A stretch of DNA of 46,054 nt from an uncultured Micavibrio sp. (GTDB lineage Bacteria > Pseudomonadota > Alphaproteobacteria > Micavibrionales > Micavibrionaceae). Below the pieces are notes generated by a model. That model was given only the letters and a program-made list of their open reading frames with translations. It was not told where the DNA came from and made no database searches. Positions 43,436 through 46,054 of the stretch are shown here, in pieces. The stretch covers positions 1 to 46,054 of the forward strand of contig CAZUYV010000001.1 in the NCBI GenBank assembly GCA_964624435.1, written 5' to 3'. The position numbers and the translations under genes were made by a program. How positions within the stretch are numbered: position 1 is the stretch's first letter; every line of letters starts with the position of its first letter.

Positions 43436-46054
43436 CTATTTGGCATCTTTTTTGATTTCATTTATTGTTCGTGGCTTCTCGCCCGTCTGCTGCTCGATGA
43501 ATAAGATTAGATCCTGCATTTGTCTGAGCTCATTTAGTTTTTCATAGTAGGCATATTGTTCCGCATCAAAATCCTTTGTTAATGAGTTGATACCCAAAGA
43601 TGGCAGCCGGACCTTAGAATCTTGGTCCGCATCCTCCGGTTTTTGGAGCAATCCACTGAGTCCGCGCCCGATTTGTCCGGTAGCTTGCTCCAATGCATAA
43701 GCTGTCTTTATCGGGATGCCTACTTCATTACCAAATAGATCATATTGCTTGTCCTGCCCTTCAAAATTCTCGATCTTTTTACCTCTGAACATGTTGTAAT
43801 TTGTTGATAGCTCGATTGGCGTTTTCAACAATGGAGAAATGGCGTCCACAATCGTTTTTCCTGGGCGCGACAACTTAGTTAAATCTCCTATAGGTAGATT
43901 CAGCCCAAGCATCTTACCCTTTCCTTCCTCTCCAAAAAGGGGAATTGAAAAGTTTTCTTTCATGTAATCCGGGATATTCTCATCATCCAATCCAACAACA
44001 TCCTGCGCGTTCAACCTCGCTTTATTCACGTATTCATATTTGCGAGGATCATTCACAAACTGTTTAATCTGAAACGGAATATTGTTCTTCATCCAGCGGT
44101 AAAACGGCAGTACACGGGCTACTGTGCGACTTTCAAAAGGTGTAGTTTTGCTGTAATCAAACTGCACCTCTCTGACCTTTTTAGCTGCTTCTTCGTAGCT
44201 CATGCCCTTCTTTTCAACCGCCCATTTAAACAATGCGAACCGGTTGGCCTGATCGAAAAAGTTTCCGACTTCTTGAGAGGTTTGGAAAGCATTAAGCGGA
44301 TTTAATCGCTGCGTTACTTTCTCTTTTGGACTCTTGCTTAGATTCTTGATGGTTTGCTCAATTGCTTTTTCGGGCTCTTCACCAAACTTCGCAAATTCAA
44401 CCTGGGATAAGGCCGAAGCTGACAAGCCTTGTTTGCGATATTCGGTAAATAGAGCCGACTCTTTCCCTCCAAGAGCCTTGGCAACCTCTTCAAATCCTTG
44501 CTTGGTGTATTTGGCGATTGCTCCAGGACTCATACCACCGACATAATTATTGAACATGGCGCCGGCCTGATTCCGAACATGATAGCCCAATGAAAATAAA
44601 GCTCCGCGCTTCCAGAAGCTCTGTATCTTGTCGTATGCTTTCAGGAATGCCTTTGTTCCTTCATCCGTATTCACCGCTTGGTAACGGTCCAGAAGCTGTT
44701 TGGCGGCCTTGGTTACAATGTATTGTCCTCCTATATTGTCTGCTTGTACAACGCCATCAAGTGGATCCCCGGTTTCTTTAAGGAATTTATAATTGTTGCT
44801 GTCGATAATTTCGGCATTCTTCGGAACCGACATTCCTTTTTCATACGGAATCGCAAAGTTGGTATCGCTCAGAACCTTTCTTCTAAAGCTCACTGCATGG
44901 ATATAGTCGATTAGGCGTTTTTGTCCTATGGCAGAAGCAAAGAATGCATTGGGCTCCGTGTGATTATGACCTGCCGGCCGCGCGCCTGATTCTACCATTC
45001 TTTCGCTGATATCCTCTGCGCTACCGGTCAAAGTACGTTGATTCAATATCGCCTTTTTCGGATTACCTGTATTGTATGATCCTTGGTCTACCCGGGTTAT
45101 TTTGTCTCGAAACGCCCTTTCTTCTTGGCTCCACACATGAGTCATGTATCCTTCCATTTCTGAAATGGGGATATCGTTTTGGTAAGCAAAATCACGAATG
45201 TCATCGTTACTTTCCATGATACTTTTTGCTGCTTGCTGAATTTTGGGATCGCTCGATAGTTCTCGCACCGGCCGTTTTATCTCTTGTTGAATCATAACAG
45301 GGTTCTTTGCGGACTGTTTTAATTCCTCAATATCACTGACCAGTTTTTGAATCCGGTCAATCTTTGTGGTATTTACCGTTTGGGATTCAGTCCTCAGCTT
45401 ATCCAATTGCGTTTTTAATTCGTCCCTACGTTGCGTCAAGTAATTGAATGCCGGGCTAGGCGAAAGATCAGCAAATGCTTTATCTTTTGCTAATTGTTCC
45501 GCATTTGGAGGGACAACCTTTTTCGCATTCATTTGACGAAGATTTTTATTTTCTTCTCTGAAATACAAACGCGCCAACTGACGATCTATTTTATCCAGTT
45601 CCTGCGCACTCTGACTTATCGCAGTTTCATAAGACCTCCGCGTTTGATTGACTTCTTTGCCGAGCGATTCAACTTCTTTCCGGTGGTTGTCCATTTCCGA
45701 AAACAACTCTTTTTTGTCTGTTGTACGTCTGGATCCACCGGGGAATTCATAGCCCTTAACGTCTTCATATTGCCGTAAAGGTGCTTCAACAATTCTTCCT
45801 ACCTCATCACCCTTTTCAAGCCCGCCTGCATCCCTGGCGATTTTCCCAACCTTCAGCATATTTTCATCATTCATATAGGCCAGACTATTATCCGTCTGTT
45901 GCGCCAAATCCCGCATTGCAGTACTGGTCCCGCCTGATAATGTGTCTGTATCCCGGTAACCCTTTTTAAACATGTATCCGAGAGCGTCTTTTCCACTCTC
46001 AAAAGCCGGCTGAATACGATTTTCACGAATATTTTTAAGCACCGGTGCAGTCTT
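43436..46054 (-). CDS. 3' part of the 1044-aa virion/ejection-type protein (continues from 571..1 across the junction)
   Basis: Open frame to the contig end; the listed start at 46042 is internal. Confidence 0.8.
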   Translation of the reverse strand, partial: KTAPVLKNIRENRIQPAFESGKDALGYMFKKGYRDTDTLSGGTSTAMRDLAQQTDNSLAYMNDENMLKVGKIARDAGGLEKGDEVGRIVEAPLRQYEDVKGYEFPGGSRRTTDKKELFSEMDNHRKEVESLGKEVNQTRRSYETAISQSAQELDKIDRQLARLYFREENKNLRQMNAKKVVPPNAEQLAKDKAFADLSPSPAFNYLTQRRDELKTQLDKLRTESQTVNTTKIDRIQKLVSDIEELKQSAKNPVMIQQEIKRPVRELSSDPKIQQAAKSIMESNDDIRDFAYQNDIPISEMEGYMTHVWSQEERAFRDKITRVDQGSYNTGNPKKAILNQRTLTGSAEDISERMVESGARPAGHNHTEPNAFFASAIGQKRLIDYIHAVSFRRKVLSDTNFAIPYEKGMSVPKNAEIIDSNNYKFLKETGDPLDGVVQADNIGGQYIVTKAAKQLLDRYQAVNTDEGTKAFLKAYDKIQSFWKRGALFSLGYHVRNQAGAMFNNYVGGMSPGAIAKYTKQGFEEVAKALGGKESALFTEYRKQGLSASALSQVEFAKFGEEPEKAIEQTIKNLSKSPKEKVTQRLNPLNAFQTSQEVGNFFDQANRFALFKWAVEKKGMSYEEAAKKVREVQFDYSKTTPFESRTVARVLPFYRWMKNNIPFQIKQFVNDPRKYEYVNKARLNAQDVVGLDDENIPDYMKENFSIPLFGEEGKGKMLGLNLPIGDLTKLSRPGKTIVDAISPLLKTPIELSTNYNMFRGKKIENFEGQDKQYDLFGNEVGIPIKTAYALEQATGQIGRGLSGLLQKPEDADQDSKVRLPSLGINSLTKDFDAEQYAYYEKLNELRQMQDLILFIEQQTGEKPRTINEIKKDAK
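46000..46054. repeat. Terminal overlap copy 2 (identical to 1..55)
   Basis: Exact 55/55 match. Confidence 0.95.

Larger units (their letters stand above)
1..46054. mobile_element. Complete temperate phage genome on a circularly closed contig (unique length 45,999 bp); podovirus-like architecture inferred
   Basis: Terminal 55-nt identity; full set of lysogeny, replication/recombination, packaging, head, tail and lysis modules; one ORF is continuous across the junction. Confidence 0.8.

Noticed and set aside
43436-46054. 1044-aa protein as a tape measure protein
   Set aside because: There is no tail tube or chaperone gene context. There is no long Gly/Ala/hydrophobic-rich coiled-coil pattern and no C-terminal lytic domain that I can recognise. 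The call is left as an ejection or virion protein of unknown family, with low certainty either way.

Overview
The window is one circularly closed contig. Bases 1..55 are identical to 46000..46054, so the unique length is 45,999 bp. It encodes a complete temperate phage of a low-GC Gram-positive (Bacillales-type) host. The host call is inferred from GGAGG-type ribosome-binding sites, sigma-A promoters, a Cheo-type SOS box, and YopX, ArpU-like, LL-H-type holin and Amidase_2 genes.

Almost all genes lie on the minus strand.
- **Lysogeny switch (35.6-36.4 kb):** divergent Cro-like and CI-like HTH genes with palindromic operators.
- **Plus-strand lysogeny arm (36.0-39.6 kb):** CI, two membrane proteins, an HTH protein and a large serine integrase, followed by a complete tRNA-Pro(GGG) on the minus strand.
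- **Leftward early/replication arm (35.6 to 21.8 kb):** BRO/KilAC antirepressor, YqaJ-type exonuclease, RecT, HNH, a replisome organizer with internal iterons, DUF3307, YopX, RusA, a homing-type HNH and an ArpU-like regulator.
- **Internal RHH switch (21.36-21.65 kb):** back-to-back consensus promoters.
- **Late genes (21.3 to 0.58 kb):** small ORFs, TerS, TerL, portal, scaffold, capsid, beta-helix tailspike, a trypsin-like protease, tail proteins and a Gln-rich 471-aa protein.
- **Junction-spanning gene:** a 1044-aa ORF crosses the contig junction (571..1 joined to 45999..43436), followed by a holin and an amidase endolysin.

No tape measure, tube or sheath gene is recognisable, so a podovirus-like virion is inferred.

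Accessory regions of most interest:
1. 40.5-42.0 kb: a LexA DNA-binding-domain-only protein. A Cheo box sits inside its back-to-back promoters, which guard a 5-gene operon of unknown function.
2. 39.7-40.5 kb: an RHH-led, translationally coupled operon with a palindromic operator (TA-like).
3. 36.3-37.4 kb: two membrane-protein genes, each preceded by a paralogous anti-SD leader hairpin.
4. 2.0-3.4 kb: an island inside the late operon with a type-I-toxin-like peptide, a Cas2/VapD-like protein, a zinc-ribbon protein and tandem repeats.
5. A family of GC-rich structured intergenic elements in the early/middle region.

All family assignments come from reading the translations against remembered family signatures. 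No searches were run.
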